A DNA stretch of 64,000 bases from Promethearchaeota archaeon Loki_b32. Its GTDB lineage: Archaea; Asgardarchaeota; Lokiarchaeia; Sigyniarchaeales; SOKP01. The position numbers and the translations under genes are program-made. A model generated the notes under the pieces. It was not told where the DNA came from. It ran no database searches and saw nothing but the letters and a program-made list of their open reading frames with translations. How positions within the stretch are numbered: position 1 is the first letter of the stretch; the number at the start of each line of letters is the position of its first letter. The stretch is from the NCBI GenBank assembly GCA_005223125.1, contig NJBH01000011.1, positions 1-64,000 on the forward strand, written 5' to 3'. Of this stretch, positions 10,242 through 20,482 are shown piece after piece.

Positions 10242-11492
10242 ATGACTGAAGAATTAGATCCTTTTAAAATTTCTCAAAAACAACTATATGAGGCTTGTAA
10301 AATTAGCGGGTGCGTTAGTGATGTTTATAATGCTTTAAATGAACCAGAGAGATTTGTTGAAGTAAAGCTCCTTATGAAAATGGACGACGGTTCGTTAAAG
10401 ACGTTCAAGGGCTTTCGATCTCAATACAACTCTGCGAGAGGTCCTATGAAAGGAGGTATTAGATGGCACCCTGATGAAAGTGCTTCCCTTGTAAAAGCTT
10501 TATCAGCTTGGATGACTTGGAAAACAGCATGTGTAGATATCCCATTAGGCGGCGCGAAAGGAGGAATAATATGCGATCCAAGAACTATGAGCAATCGAGA
10601 GCTTGAAACTCTCGCAAGAAGTTATATAAGGCAACTTGCAGATTTTATTGGGCCCAATATTGATGTACCAGCACCAGACGTTTACACAAATCCTCAAATT
10701 ATGGCATGGATGATGGATGAATATGAAAAAATCATGCGTAAGCACGCTCCGTCGGTTATTACAGGCAAACCTTTACCTTTAGGTGGTAGTGCAGGACGTT
10801 TAATTGCAACTGCTAAAGGAGGTGCTTTTTGTATTAGAGAAGCAGCAAAGGAAATTGGATTAAATTTAAATGGCGCAAAGGTTGTTATACAAGGATTTGG
10901 AAATGCAGGATCATGGGCTTCTAAAATCTTAACAAACGATTATAATTGTAAAATTATTGGAATATCTGATTCAAAAGGAGGAATATACAATAAAAATGGT
11001 ATTGATCCTACTAAAGTTTTAGTTCAAAAAAAGGAAACATCATCAGTTTTAGGTTTAAAAGATGCTCAAGAGATATCAAATAAGGAATTATTAGAATTAG
11101 AATGCGATATTTTAATTCCTGCTGCTCTTGAAAATGTTATAACACGCAAAAACGCGCAAAATATTAATTGTAAAATAATAGCGGAACTCGCTAATGGGCC
11201 AACTACTCCTGAAGCTGATGAAATTCTATTTAAGAATGATGTTTTCGTAATTCCTGATTTTTTATGTAATGCAGGAGGAGTTACTGTTTCCTATTTTGAA
11301 ATGGTCCAAGGATATTATCAATATTTCTGGACTGAAGGGGAAGTTCTTACTGCTTTAGATCGAGTGATGACTAATGCATATCGTTTTGTTGTTGATAAGG
11401 CAAAAGAATATAACACTTATAATCGAATGGGAGCTTATATAATATCACTTAACAGGGTTATAGAAGCAATGAGATTACGTGGTTGGTTATAA
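10242..11492 (+). CDS. gdhA: Glu/Leu/Phe/Val dehydrogenase (glutamate dehydrogenase) 1
   Basis: [31 protein letters not shown] and [11 protein letters not shown] motifs. Confidence 0.93.
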   Translation: MTEELDPFKISQKQLYEACKISGCVSDVYNALNEPERFVEVKLLMKMDDGSLKTFKGFRSQYNSARGPMKGGIRWHPDESASLVKALSAWMTWKTACVDIPLGGAKGGIICDPRTMSNRELETLARSYIRQLADFIGPNIDVPAPDVYTNPQIMAWMMDEYEKIMRKHAPSVITGKPLPLGGSAGRLIATAKGGAFCIREAAKEIGLNLNGAKVVIQGFGNAGSWASKILTNDYNCKIIGISDSKGGIYNKNGIDPTKVLVQKKETSSVLGLKDAQEISNKELLELECDILIPAALENVITRKNAQNINCKIIAELANGPTTPEADEILFKNDVFVIPDFLCNAGGVTVSYFEMVQGYYQYFWTEGEVLTALDRVMTNAYRFVVDKAKEYNTYNRMGAYIISLNRVIEAMRLRGWL

Positions 11493-11755
11493 CTTTTTAA
11501 AATTAAAAAGAAATATGAAAAAAGAATTTTAATTATTGTTTCGAAATATATCTTATAAAATTTCAGAACACTCCTTTTTCATTGAATAATAATTTTTTTG
11601 AATTTAATTTAAAAAATTTTCAGAAATTTAACATTTTATTAAAAAAATTCCAATTTGTTACTAATATACTTGAGTTTTATTAAAAATCATTTAGTTTTAA
11701 ATATTTTCAAAATATTAAATAATTATAAAGAAAAATAATTCAAATTGAAAAAATT

Positions 11756-13009
11756 TTGCTTGATATTAATCCCTTTGAAAGTGTTAAAAAAAAACTTGAT
11801 ATTGCTGCAAGATTAATAGAGTTAAATCCAAATACCTTAGAATATCTGAAAAAAGTAGAGAGAGCTTTAATAGTTTCTATACCTATACTTATGGATGATG
11901 GTTTTCTTAAAATTTTCGAAGGTTATAGGGTTCATCATTCTACTTTACGAGGCCCAGCAAAAGGAGGTATAAGATATTCACCTGATGTTACTCTTGATGA
12001 AATGAAAGCTTTAGCGTTTTTAATGACATTTAAAACAAGTCTTTTAAACATACCCATGGGAGGATCTAAAGGAGGAATCTGTGTAGAAACTAAAGATCTA
12101 TCAGAGAGAGAATTAGAAAGATTAACTCGAAGATACACTGCTGAAATTATTAATATGATTGGACCAAGTATTGATGTTCCAGCACCAGATATGTATACTG
12201 ATTCAACCACAATGGCTTGGATTATGGATACATATAGTATGCAAAAAGGGCGAACTATTCCAGGTGTGGTAACTGGTAAGCCAATTGAAATTGGGGGGTC
12301 AATAGGAAGAATGGAAGCTCCTGGAACTGGAATGTATTATATCCTTGATCACCTTTACCAAAAACTAAATTATTCTTTGACTGAAATGAAAATAGTTATT
12401 CAAGGTTTTGGGAAAGTGGGATCTACTGTTGCTAAGCAATTATGTGACCGTTCATGTAATATCATTGCAGTTTCTGAAAAAGAAGGGGGGATTTATTCAC
12501 CAGATGGATTGGATATTAATGAAATATTAAAGTGGACACAAAAAGGGAATTTATTAAAAAATTACGAAGGAAAAGATATTACCCCAATTACAAATAACGA
12601 ATTGCTCAGTACAAAATGCGATGTTTTAATTCCTGCTGCTGTGGAGAATCAAATTTATAGTAAGAATGCAGACAATGTAGATTGCAAAATTATATTAGAA
12701 GGTGCAAACAGTCCAACAACTTCCCAAGCCGACCGTATCTTAAATGAGAAAGGAGTAATTATCGTTCCAGATATTCTTGCAAATAGCGGAGGTGTATGTG
12801 TTTCATATTTTGAATATATTCAAGATATACATAGCTATTTCTGGGGATTAGATCGTGTTAATAGAGAAATGAAAAATATTCTTATTAAAACTTTTGAAGA
12901 TGTCTATAAACTTTCAAAGGAAATGCATGTCTCACTTAGAACTGCAGCATTTGCTATTGGTGCAAAGAGATTAGCGAAAGCTCACGAATTAAGAGGTTTA
13001 TTTCCATAA
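11756..13009 (+). CDS. Glutamate dehydrogenase family protein 2 (divergent motifs)
   Basis: GPAKGGIR, GGSKGG and DVPAPD are present; variant motifs EAPGTG, GFGKVG, ANSPTT. Confidence 0.9.
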   Translation: MLDINPFESVKKKLDIAARLIELNPNTLEYLKKVERALIVSIPILMDDGFLKIFEGYRVHHSTLRGPAKGGIRYSPDVTLDEMKALAFLMTFKTSLLNIPMGGSKGGICVETKDLSERELERLTRRYTAEIINMIGPSIDVPAPDMYTDSTTMAWIMDTYSMQKGRTIPGVVTGKPIEIGGSIGRMEAPGTGMYYILDHLYQKLNYSLTEMKIVIQGFGKVGSTVAKQLCDRSCNIIAVSEKEGGIYSPDGLDINEILKWTQKGNLLKNYEGKDITPITNNELLSTKCDVLIPAAVENQIYSKNADNVDCKIILEGANSPTTSQADRILNEKGVIIVPDILANSGGVCVSYFEYIQDIHSYFWGLDRVNREMKNILIKTFEDVYKLSKEMHVSLRTAAFAIGAKRLAKAHELRGLFP

Positions 13010-13100
13010 TTTATGATATTCGAATCTTAAAATTTGAATAAATTTAAGTTATAAATAGAAATTGATATGATTTTAAAAAAAAAATTGAGAGTGAATTAAA

Positions 13101-14351
13101 ATAGCAATAAATCCTTTTAAAATGGCACAAAAACAGATAGATATAGTATCTGAAATAATGGGCTTAGATTCTAATATTAGACGATATTTAAAAAGAGTTG
13201 AACGTTCATTAATTGTTTCAATTCCGATTATGATGGATGATGGTAAATTACAAATTTTTGAAGGGTATAGAGTTCATCATTGCACAGTAAGAGGTCCTGG
13301 AAAAGGAGGTATACGATATTCCCCAGAAGTCAATTTAGATGAGGTAAAAGCTTTAGCTACTTGGATGACTTGGAAGTGCAGTCTTTTAAATTTACCATTA
13401 GGAGGCGCAAAAGGAGGAGTATGCGTGGACCCTCGGAAATTATCTAAAAATGAATTAGAACGACTCACGAGGAGGTATACTTCTGAAATAATTAATATCA
13501 TTGGTCCTGATATTGACATTCCTGCTCCAGACGTTAACACCAATGCTCAAGTTATGGCTTGGATTATGGATACTTACTCAATGAATAAAGGAAGGCCTGT
13601 TCCTGGAGTTGTTACTGGAAAACCAATAGAAATAGGTGGATCAGTAGGCAGAGAGAGTGCTACTGGGAGGGGAATGTTCTATGTACTTGAAGCATTATGT
13701 AATAAGCTAAATTATGATTTAAAATCGATGAATATTATAATTCAAGGATTTGGGAATGTTGGAGGATGGATTGCTGATATATTATATACCTATGGTAGTA
13801 AAATATTGGCAGTTTCAGATATCACTGGAGGAATTTATTCAGAAAATGGATTAGATATTAAAGAATTATTAGAATGGAGAAATCAAGGAAAATTTTTACG
13901 AGATTTTCAGAAAACTAATTATAAACACATTGGTAATGATGAATTTTTCAGTATAAAATGCGATGTTTTGATTCCTGCAGCTCTGGAGAATCAAATAACT
14001 AAAGTGAACGCAGATCAAATAAATTGTAAGATTGTTTTAGAAGGTGCAAATGGTCCCACAACTCCAGAAGCGGATAAAATTTTGCATAGTAAAAGTATTT
14101 ATGTCGTTCCAGATATTTTAGCTAACGCTGGTGGAGTTTGTGTTTCCTATTTTGAATATATTCAAGATATCCACAGTTATTTTTGGGATTTAGATCGCGT
14201 TAATAAAGAGCTTAAAAAAATTATTGTAAATGCTTTTGAAAATGTATTTACAATTTCAAAAGAGAAAAATTTACCCCTAAGGGAAGCTGCTTATATTATA
14301 GCTCTTTCTCGTGTAGCAAAAGCTGTTGAATTTAGAGGTTTTTTTCCATAA
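13101..14351 (+). CDS. Glutamate dehydrogenase family protein 3; probable ATA start at 13101
   Basis: GPGKGGIR, GGAKGG, QGFGNVG. The conserved INPF motif is encoded upstream of the ATG at 13122, and there is an in-frame TGA at 13092. Confidence 0.9.
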   Translation: MAINPFKMAQKQIDIVSEIMGLDSNIRRYLKRVERSLIVSIPIMMDDGKLQIFEGYRVHHCTVRGPGKGGIRYSPEVNLDEVKALATWMTWKCSLLNLPLGGAKGGVCVDPRKLSKNELERLTRRYTSEIINIIGPDIDIPAPDVNTNAQVMAWIMDTYSMNKGRPVPGVVTGKPIEIGGSVGRESATGRGMFYVLEALCNKLNYDLKSMNIIIQGFGNVGGWIADILYTYGSKILAVSDITGGIYSENGLDIKELLEWRNQGKFLRDFQKTNYKHIGNDEFFSIKCDVLIPAALENQITKVNADQINCKIVLEGANGPTTPEADKILHSKSIYVVPDILANAGGVCVSYFEYIQDIHSYFWDLDRVNKELKKIIVNAFENVFTISKEKNLPLREAAYIIALSRVAKAVEFRGFFP

Positions 14352-14399
14352 CTTATATAAGTTTATTCAATTTCCTTTTTTCTTTTATCATAATTTATT

Positions 14400-14672
14400 T
14401 TATCCAAAAATTGGTACTAAGATCAATAGAAAAAGGATTGAAAGTCCTAAATGAACTAGTGCAAAAGTAGCTCCTATTTTAAATAAACGTTTATAATTTA
14501 GGTTTTCTACCCCTGAATCGCGTGCAATTTTCAATGTCATCATATCACATGCTGCACCTTGAGGTATAAAATTACCTCCTAGATTTATACCAATTATAAA
14601 CGCAAAAAGCAGTGGAACTGTTGAAAAATTAAACGTATCTATTAATATTCCTATTAAGGGGATAAATATCAA
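14400..14672 (-). pseudogene. Displaced 3' fragment of an ArsB/SLC13 transporter (diverged copy of the end of 16005..17300)
   Basis: INLGGNFIPQGAACDMMTLKIARDSGVENLNYKRLFK is identical to the intact gene; the 5' part is absent. Confidence 0.9.
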
Positions 14673-15095
14673 ATATTTAAGGGTTTAGCATTAGGTGTTC
14701 CCTATTTTAAACTAGCGGGTATGGCTAGAGCACCACTTGCAGCTGCAATGGTCGGAAAAACTATAGGGAATAGTATAGATAATGGGGAATTGTCTGTATA
14801 CATTTCACGTTTTGGAAGAACAAAAGAAGAAATTTTTCTAACTGCTCCTGAGCTTCGGCATAAATTTGGAGATAAATTCGATTCAATACCTCTAGGTGCA
14901 ATTGGATTATATACTTATATGACTAGACTTGAGCAAGGACTTAAACAATTGATGTGCGGAGCAAGAAAATTTACATTAGAATATATTTCTAGAGATGACA
15001 TCGCATAATTAACACATGGAGCTGAAGAAATAACTGGAATCCCATTTATAATGGATTACGATAAAGAAGAAGCTGAAAAAATTCTTGATTCTTAA
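14670..15095 (+). pseudogene. 3' fragment of an FMN-binding glutamate synthase family gene with an internal TAA
   Basis: Reads QIFKGLALGVPYFKLAGMARAPL...GLKQLMCGARKF...RDDIA*LTHGAEEITGIPFIMDYDKEEAEKILDS*; the N-terminal part is absent. Confidence 0.8.
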
Positions 15096-15401
15096 TCTTA
15101 AAAATTTACTTTTTTTTTTATTGTTTGGAGTATTTGAAATGCTTAAGAATGAAAATCTTTATAAAAAAAATATTAAGGTTAGTTAAAACCTTCTCCAACC
15201 TTATGATTCAAATGGTTAAATCTACGATCCTGACGGAATCACTCATAGAAAGAAGTTTGACTACTTTTTAATTTTACTTAATGTATTAAATGATGATAAA
15301 AAAAAATTGATCTTTAATTACAGTGATGGAAAAAGTAGTAGTAGAGAATTAACAGAAATTCAATCAAAATTCTCATCTTTTATATCTGATGAGATTTTTT
15401 T

Positions 15402-15854
15402 TTAAGTTTTAAAATTTATTTTATGAGACATTTTAAAAATATCTATAAAACTTGACACATTTATCTTTGGTCTGACTCCTTCAATCGTCTTGATCTTTTC
15501 GTTGATAAATCTCCAGAGAGACTTTTCATCTTTAGTAATCACACTTGCTATGACATCATGATCACCAGTTGTTATCCCAACTAGCTGAACTTTATTATAA
15601 GAAGCAATTTTTTCTGCAACTTTATTCATTTTTAAAGGATCTACAGAAAGACCTAAGATCGCAACAGTTTCGAAGCCTGCTTTCATTGGGTTTATATTAG
15701 TATCTTCTTTCTTTATTATACCCTCATCTAGCATTCTTTGAACTCTATTATGAACACTGCTTGCTGCCATTTTGACTTTTTTACCTAATTCTTTATACGA
15801 AATTCGGTAGTTATTCTGTAGAATATTTAGGATCTTTTTATTAATATCATCCAT
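15402..15854 (-). CDS. Lrp/AsnC family transcriptional regulator
   Basis: MDDINKKILNILQNNYRISYKELG HTH region; TTGDHD RAM-domain motif. Confidence 0.9.
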   Translation of the reverse strand: MDDINKKILNILQNNYRISYKELGKKVKMAASSVHNRVQRMLDEGIIKKEDTNINPMKAGFETVAILGLSVDPLKMNKVAEKIASYNKVQLVGITTGDHDVIASVITKDEKSLWRFINEKIKTIEGVRPKINVSSFIDIFKMSHKINFKT

Positions 15855-16004
15855 TTAAATCACATTGAATATTTTTTTTATTTTTATATATTATTCAGTA
15901 TTATGTTTTTTTAAAAGTTCTTTTTTTAAATTTCATACAATTAAAAACGATAAGATCCGAATTATGAAAAAGAATACACCATTTTTCTTATTTTATATTT
16001 TCTT

Positions 16005-17300
16005 TTATCCAAAAAACGGAACTAAGATCAGTAGAAAAATTATTGAAATTCCTAAATGAACCAGTGCAAAAGTAGCTCCCATTTTAAATAATCGTTTATA
16101 ATTTAGGTTTTCTACCCCTGAATCGCGTGCAATTTTCAATGTCATCATATCGCAAGCTGCTCCTTGAGGTATAAAATTACCTCCTAAATTAATGGCAATT
16201 ATGAATGAAAACAACAAAGGAACTGAAGAAAAACCAGCATCAATCAATGCTCCTATTATAGGGATGAATATTAATGCTGTTGGCGTGTTAGCGACGACTC
16301 CTGAGATGAAACTGACGATTATGAGTAAAAGAAACGATATAAGAAAGGGATTAAGTGCCTGGAAAGGAATTGCCGCAAAGATGTCTTCAAATCCGGCTTT
16401 TGAAAGACACCCTATTACAACATATAGACTTATAAAGAAAAAGATTATCTCCCATTCAATATCTTTTAAAAGTTCACTCATAGGTTTTTTCGTATATCTT
16501 TTATTTGCCAAAACTAAAATTAAAGCAGAAATCATAGCAGTTAAATATAATAAGGGAAGGATCGCAAAACAAACAATCGTTATAATTATTGCAATACTAT
16601 TGAAATAGAACATCCTTTTATTCTTAATCATAATATCCGTATTTATTAAATCAATAACGTATTTCTTTTGAATTTCCTCTATTTTTGGTTCTTTTCTTAA
16701 AATAAATCTATCCATTAAGAAAATTGTGGCAAATAATAGGAAAAATGAAAAAACCCAAAAATATTGAATGAAATATGCAGTATCAAGATTAAATGCTGTA
16801 GAGATTATAATATTTTCTCCACTCGAGAAGGGAGTAATAATTGAGCCAATATTAATACAAATAGTCATTCCTAATAGATAAGTCCCAGCTCTTATTTTTA
16901 AGAAATGACAAAGTCTAACAACTATAGGAGCTAAGATCAAAACCACTACAACATCACTTATTACAGCTGCTAAAAGAGTAGTGATTGTACATAGGAGCCA
17001 GAAAAAGATTCTTTGTTCTCCCTTTGATATTTTAAAAAGTTTAACCGCTAAAAATTCTAAAATATTAGAATCCTGTGCTATTTTTGTTATAAGACTCATA
17101 CTTAATATAATAATAATTGCTTCCCATCGAATAAAGCCAATAAAACCCTCAATACCTATACCTTTTATCAATCCTGTTATTGTAGCAGCAGTAAAACAGC
17201 ATATTAAAGAAATAGCTACGAAATCAAGATTAGATTTCGAATAACTTAAAATGATTAAGGCGAATAATATGAAAATTATTATAAGGAGTACGAGGTCCAT
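16005..17300 (-). CDS. ArsB/NhaD/SLC13 (ion transporter superfamily) permease
   Basis: About 11-12 hydrophobic segments; NIGSIITPFSS, EWEIIFFF, SGVVANTP and NLGGNF motifs. Confidence 0.85.
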   Translation of the reverse strand: MDLVLLIIIFILFALIILSYSKSNLDFVAISLICCFTAATITGLIKGIGIEGFIGFIRWEAIIIILSMSLITKIAQDSNILEFLAVKLFKISKGEQRIFFWLLCTITTLLAAVISDVVVVLILAPIVVRLCHFLKIRAGTYLLGMTICINIGSIITPFSSGENIIISTAFNLDTAYFIQYFWVFSFFLLFATIFLMDRFILRKEPKIEEIQKKYVIDLINTDIMIKNKRMFYFNSIAIIITIVCFAILPLLYLTAMISALILVLANKRYTKKPMSELLKDIEWEIIFFFISLYVVIGCLSKAGFEDIFAAIPFQALNPFLISFLLLIIVSFISGVVANTPTALIFIPIIGALIDAGFSSVPLLFSFIIAINLGGNFIPQGAACDMMTLKIARDSGVENLNYKRLFKMGATFALVHLGISIIFLLILVPFFG

Positions 17301-17473
17301 TGTTTTTATAAGTTAATTGTTAGAAGTCAATTAATAAGTTAAATAAATAACTTCTAATAAATCTATTTAAAATGAGTGTATTTTATCTTTAGGATAAACT
17401 AATTGAAGGTCTTAACTGGATTGCATAAATATCACTTTAAAATTTAGATAAAGGATAGTATATTTTATTTTAT

Positions 17474-18319
17474 TCATTTTATTAGAAAAAGTTGTAACAA
17501 AAATGTAAATAAATTCAAATCATTTAAGAGGTTAAAGTTTGACATTAAATAGTCAAAAATATTCTCTTTAATAAAATACTTTAAACTTGGAAAATACCCT
17601 TCTTCTTCTTTCAGAATTTCAACAATTCGCCTAATTAAACCTAATATCTGCTTTTCTACAATGAACATATCACAATTCATCGGATCGATATTAATGATAT
17701 TAAATCCTATCCTTCTTCCAAATGTTATTTTACTCAATTCAGGATTCTTTTTGACGATCTCCAGGTCTGAATAGTGTTTAAACATTTGCTCAATTTTTAC
17801 ATATATAATCTCTCTTTTCTCTTTAGATAAATCTCCTTCTATTACATTGATAACTAAATTTAATATTTGTTGATATATTCCTAAAATATCAAAAAATTCG
17901 GCAACAGTTGTAATGCGTTCTGCTTGCTTCCACTGAGTATAATACTCATCAATAACATTCTCAAATGGTTTGTAGATTTCAACATTTCCAGCCCATTTAG
18001 TCCCCCAGCGATTTCCTTTATGAGCATATTGCTGAATAAATGTATAACGTATCACGTCTAAACGAGCTCTTAATGTTTCAGCGGTTACATCTTTAGAATC
18101 TGCTCCTATAAATAGTAAATTTGTATCCTTGTCACTTATATAAACCCACCGAAGTCCTCCCATTTCTATAGATTCTATTCCTTGTTTGAACTCAACTATT
18201 GTAAATTGATTTAGAGCCGTTAAAAGCCCCGATACTAAGTCTTCATTTATGGGAAAATCCATATAAGGCTTGTAGACAAGTGTGATGCCAGAATCGCTCT
18301 CCATAACCCAAATATTCAT
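17474..18319 (-). CDS. Longin-like domain protein (Asgard type)
   Basis: N-terminal IWVMESDSGITLVY...DLVSGLLTALNQF...IESIEMGGLRWVY pattern; paralogue at 40541..41386. Confidence 0.7.
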   Translation of the reverse strand: MNIWVMESDSGITLVYKPYMDFPINEDLVSGLLTALNQFTIVEFKQGIESIEMGGLRWVYISDKDTNLLFIGADSKDVTAETLRARLDVIRYTFIQQYAHKGNRWGTKWAGNVEIYKPFENVIDEYYTQWKQAERITTVAEFFDILGIYQQILNLVINVIEGDLSKEKREIIYVKIEQMFKHYSDLEIVKKNPELSKITFGRRIGFNIINIDPMNCDMFIVEKQILGLIRRIVEILKEEEGYFPSLKYFIKENIFDYLMSNFNLLNDLNLFTFLLQLFLIK

Positions 18320-18397
18320 TTTTTAACCCTTGTTTTTCAAGATATTCCAATAAATGTTAATTTTTCATATTAATTAATGTATCGTATCTGAATACTA

Positions 18398-18886
18398 TCA
18401 TAAATCATTCAAAGAGTTTGTTTTTAACCATCGCTCCAAATTTCGTAGCATATCAGTAATTTTAGTTCTCAATGTGAGCTCTGCTGCGCTTCTTCCGATT
18501 AATCCAAGAAAATCACTGCTTAACTTAAAGCTGTTTATAAACACACCTATTTTTGATTTATTATCCGAAATTGCCTTTATCCGCATACGACCCTCTAATT
18601 CTCTAACATCCTTGTTATTTCGTACATTTAATTCAATTAATAGTCCTTTTCCACCTTCCTGTTCACCCATATCTTGTAATACTAATTCTCCTTCCATTTC
18701 TATTTTAATATTGATAATCTCTTCCGTTATTTTAGTGTATAATACATTTGGGGCTATAAATTTAGCATCCATGTGTTTAGCAGGGTTAACAGTTAGCCAA
18801 AATTCTGGTTTATAGACCGCTTTTATAAGTGAATCTTTATTGCAGTTTTCTATTTCCACAACTTTAGAAATTATGTTATTTGACAC
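18398..18886 (-). CDS. Hypothetical protein, possible SRPBCC/START-like fold
   Basis: Size and alpha/beta pattern with a long C-terminal helix (ITDMLRNLERWL). Confidence 0.55.
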   Translation of the reverse strand: MSNNIISKVVEIENCNKDSLIKAVYKPEFWLTVNPAKHMDAKFIAPNVLYTKITEEIINIKIEMEGELVLQDMGEQEGGKGLLIELNVRNNKDVRELEGRMRIKAISDNKSKIGVFINSFKLSSDFLGLIGRSAAELTLRTKITDMLRNLERWLKTNSLNDL

Positions 18887-19054
18887 AATACATACAATTT
18901 TATTTATTTTTTTATATAGTTATACGAATGAAAACTTATTAGCTTTAGCCTCAGTCTTCCAAGATTTAATCATATAGGAATCATTATGAGTTTTTTTTCA
19001 TCATAGGCTATAAATAAGGAAATTAAATCATTAACAAAAAAACAGTTATTAAAA

Positions 19055-19258
19055 TTAAGTAGCTCGGAATAGTTTACTTTCTTCAATACCAATTTCTTCT
19101 TTACAGTGAGGACAAATCCACACTTTATCATTTTTTTTAACAGAATTAATACAGTCATGGCATATAGCAATATCACAAATACAGTAATGAGTAGATTCCA
19201 TTGATGCTTCACAACTTTTTCCACAGCTGTAACAAATAGGAGGGGGTCGTTCTGACAT
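19055..19258 (-). CDS. Small Cys-rich RING/PHD-like zinc finger protein
   Basis: CYSC...CIC...CHDC...WICPHC spacing. Confidence 0.7.
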   Translation of the reverse strand: MSERPPPICYSCGKSCEASMESTHYCICDIAICHDCINSVKKNDKVWICPHCKEEIGIEESKLFRAT

Positions 19259-19354
19259 TTTTAAAATAATATCCAGTTTTAAATTATTCTTTATTATACT
19301 TTTAATTTTAAGTATTATATATTTTAATTATTAAATATAATTTTTCTCAGATAT

Positions 19355-19549
19355 ATGGATAAAATACAATCAACAATTCGGTTATTAGCGCTATTTAGTA
19401 TTTTTTTTATATATAAAGTGATTACGGGAGTTATTGAAAATAATTCAAATGAAATTATTATATGGTCATTAATTACGATTGTTTATATGATTTCGCTTGT
19501 TATAATGTATTTTTTTATTAGATTGAGGGAGAAAGAACAGAAGATTTAA
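19355..19549 (+). CDS. Small two-TM membrane protein
   Basis: Two hydrophobic helices, a charged tail and an upstream TATA-like box. Confidence 0.6.
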   Translation: MDKIQSTIRLLALFSIFFIYKVITGVIENNSNEIIIWSLITIVYMISLVIMYFFIRLREKEQKI

Positions 19550-19552
19550 GTT

Positions 19553-19831
19553 TTATTTCCTTTTCTTTAGAAAATCCGGAATCATTCCGTCAATTCCGAG
19601 ACTCTTCAAAACAGTGTCTCTTATATTCAACTGAATTGTTAAGTCAGACATTATTTTCATAGTATCCTCTAATGCTTTTGAAAATTTTTCACTTGCCTCT
19701 TTTATTGTTTGGGAGGTTAACTTTAAGGATTCTCTAATGGCTAAATTTGTCTCATGTAATTCATCTGTTAATTTTTCTATGCTACTTCTCATTTCAAAAA
19801 GTTCTTCTTTTAACTCTTTTATTCCTGCCAT
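19553..19831 (-). CDS. Coiled-coil hypothetical protein
   Basis: Heptad pattern; protein-like composition. Confidence 0.65.
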   Translation of the reverse strand: MAGIKELKEELFEMRSSIEKLTDELHETNLAIRESLKLTSQTIKEASEKFSKALEDTMKIMSDLTIQLNIRDTVLKSLGIDGMIPDFLKKRK

Positions 19832-19956
19832 TTTTTTCTTCTCTGCTCGTTCTTAACCTATATAAATATTTAATATTTATTAAAATTGATAAATTATTGC
19901 TAAGGATAGCGTGTTTTGAATTCAAATTGAAAATAAAAAAAAAAGATTTTATTATA

Positions 19957-20068
19957 TTATAGAAGGTTGAGTCCAAAAATACTTACGTCCCAAATCCATA
20001 ACGCAAATCCTTGAACAAAACAAAAAATCATTACAATAAAAGCAATTGGGAGCCAAGACATGAACTTA
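19957..20068 (-). pseudogene. Displaced 3' fragment (shorter) of membrane-protein gene 23573..24256
   Basis: DNA nearly identical to 21800..21910 (gagtccaaaaatacttacg...gccaagacatgaact). Confidence 0.85.
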
Positions 20069-20149
20069 ACCTTTAAAACTCGGAGAGACTACCAGTTTCG
20101 TAATTTTCAACAAAAATTATATGACATATGATAAAAATAAGGAGGAGAA

Positions 20150-20380
20150 TTATAAAATTAGTCTGAACCTTTTTAAAATTCCGTTATCAATTTTAAAGTC
20201 TTGAATTGGGACTGTGTGAGGTGTATAATTGGAATATAGAAATGTTTTTGGAAACCAAAAAGATTGCCTATCTGTAAGCTTTACGAGAACAGATCGCGGT
20301 GTTTCAGATACATAGAATCCTTTCACAATGCTAAAAGGTTCTCTTGAGTCTGGACTTTTTTTAACAGATGTGGATAACAT
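20150..20380 (-). CDS. Small hypothetical protein sharing a domain with the C-terminus of 30629..31354
   Basis: ETPRSVLVKL...FWFPKT vs ESPKALLITL...FWIPKS. Confidence 0.6.
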   Translation of the reverse strand: MLSTSVKKSPDSREPFSIVKGFYVSETPRSVLVKLTDRQSFWFPKTFLYSNYTPHTVPIQDFKIDNGILKRFRLIL

Positions 20381-20482
20381 AAATATAAAATGAATTTTTT
20401 AAGTTTTAATAATAAACAGTGTAGAAAATTAATGATCTCAAAAAAATAAAAAAATATTAACCGATTTCTTCTTTTTTTATTC

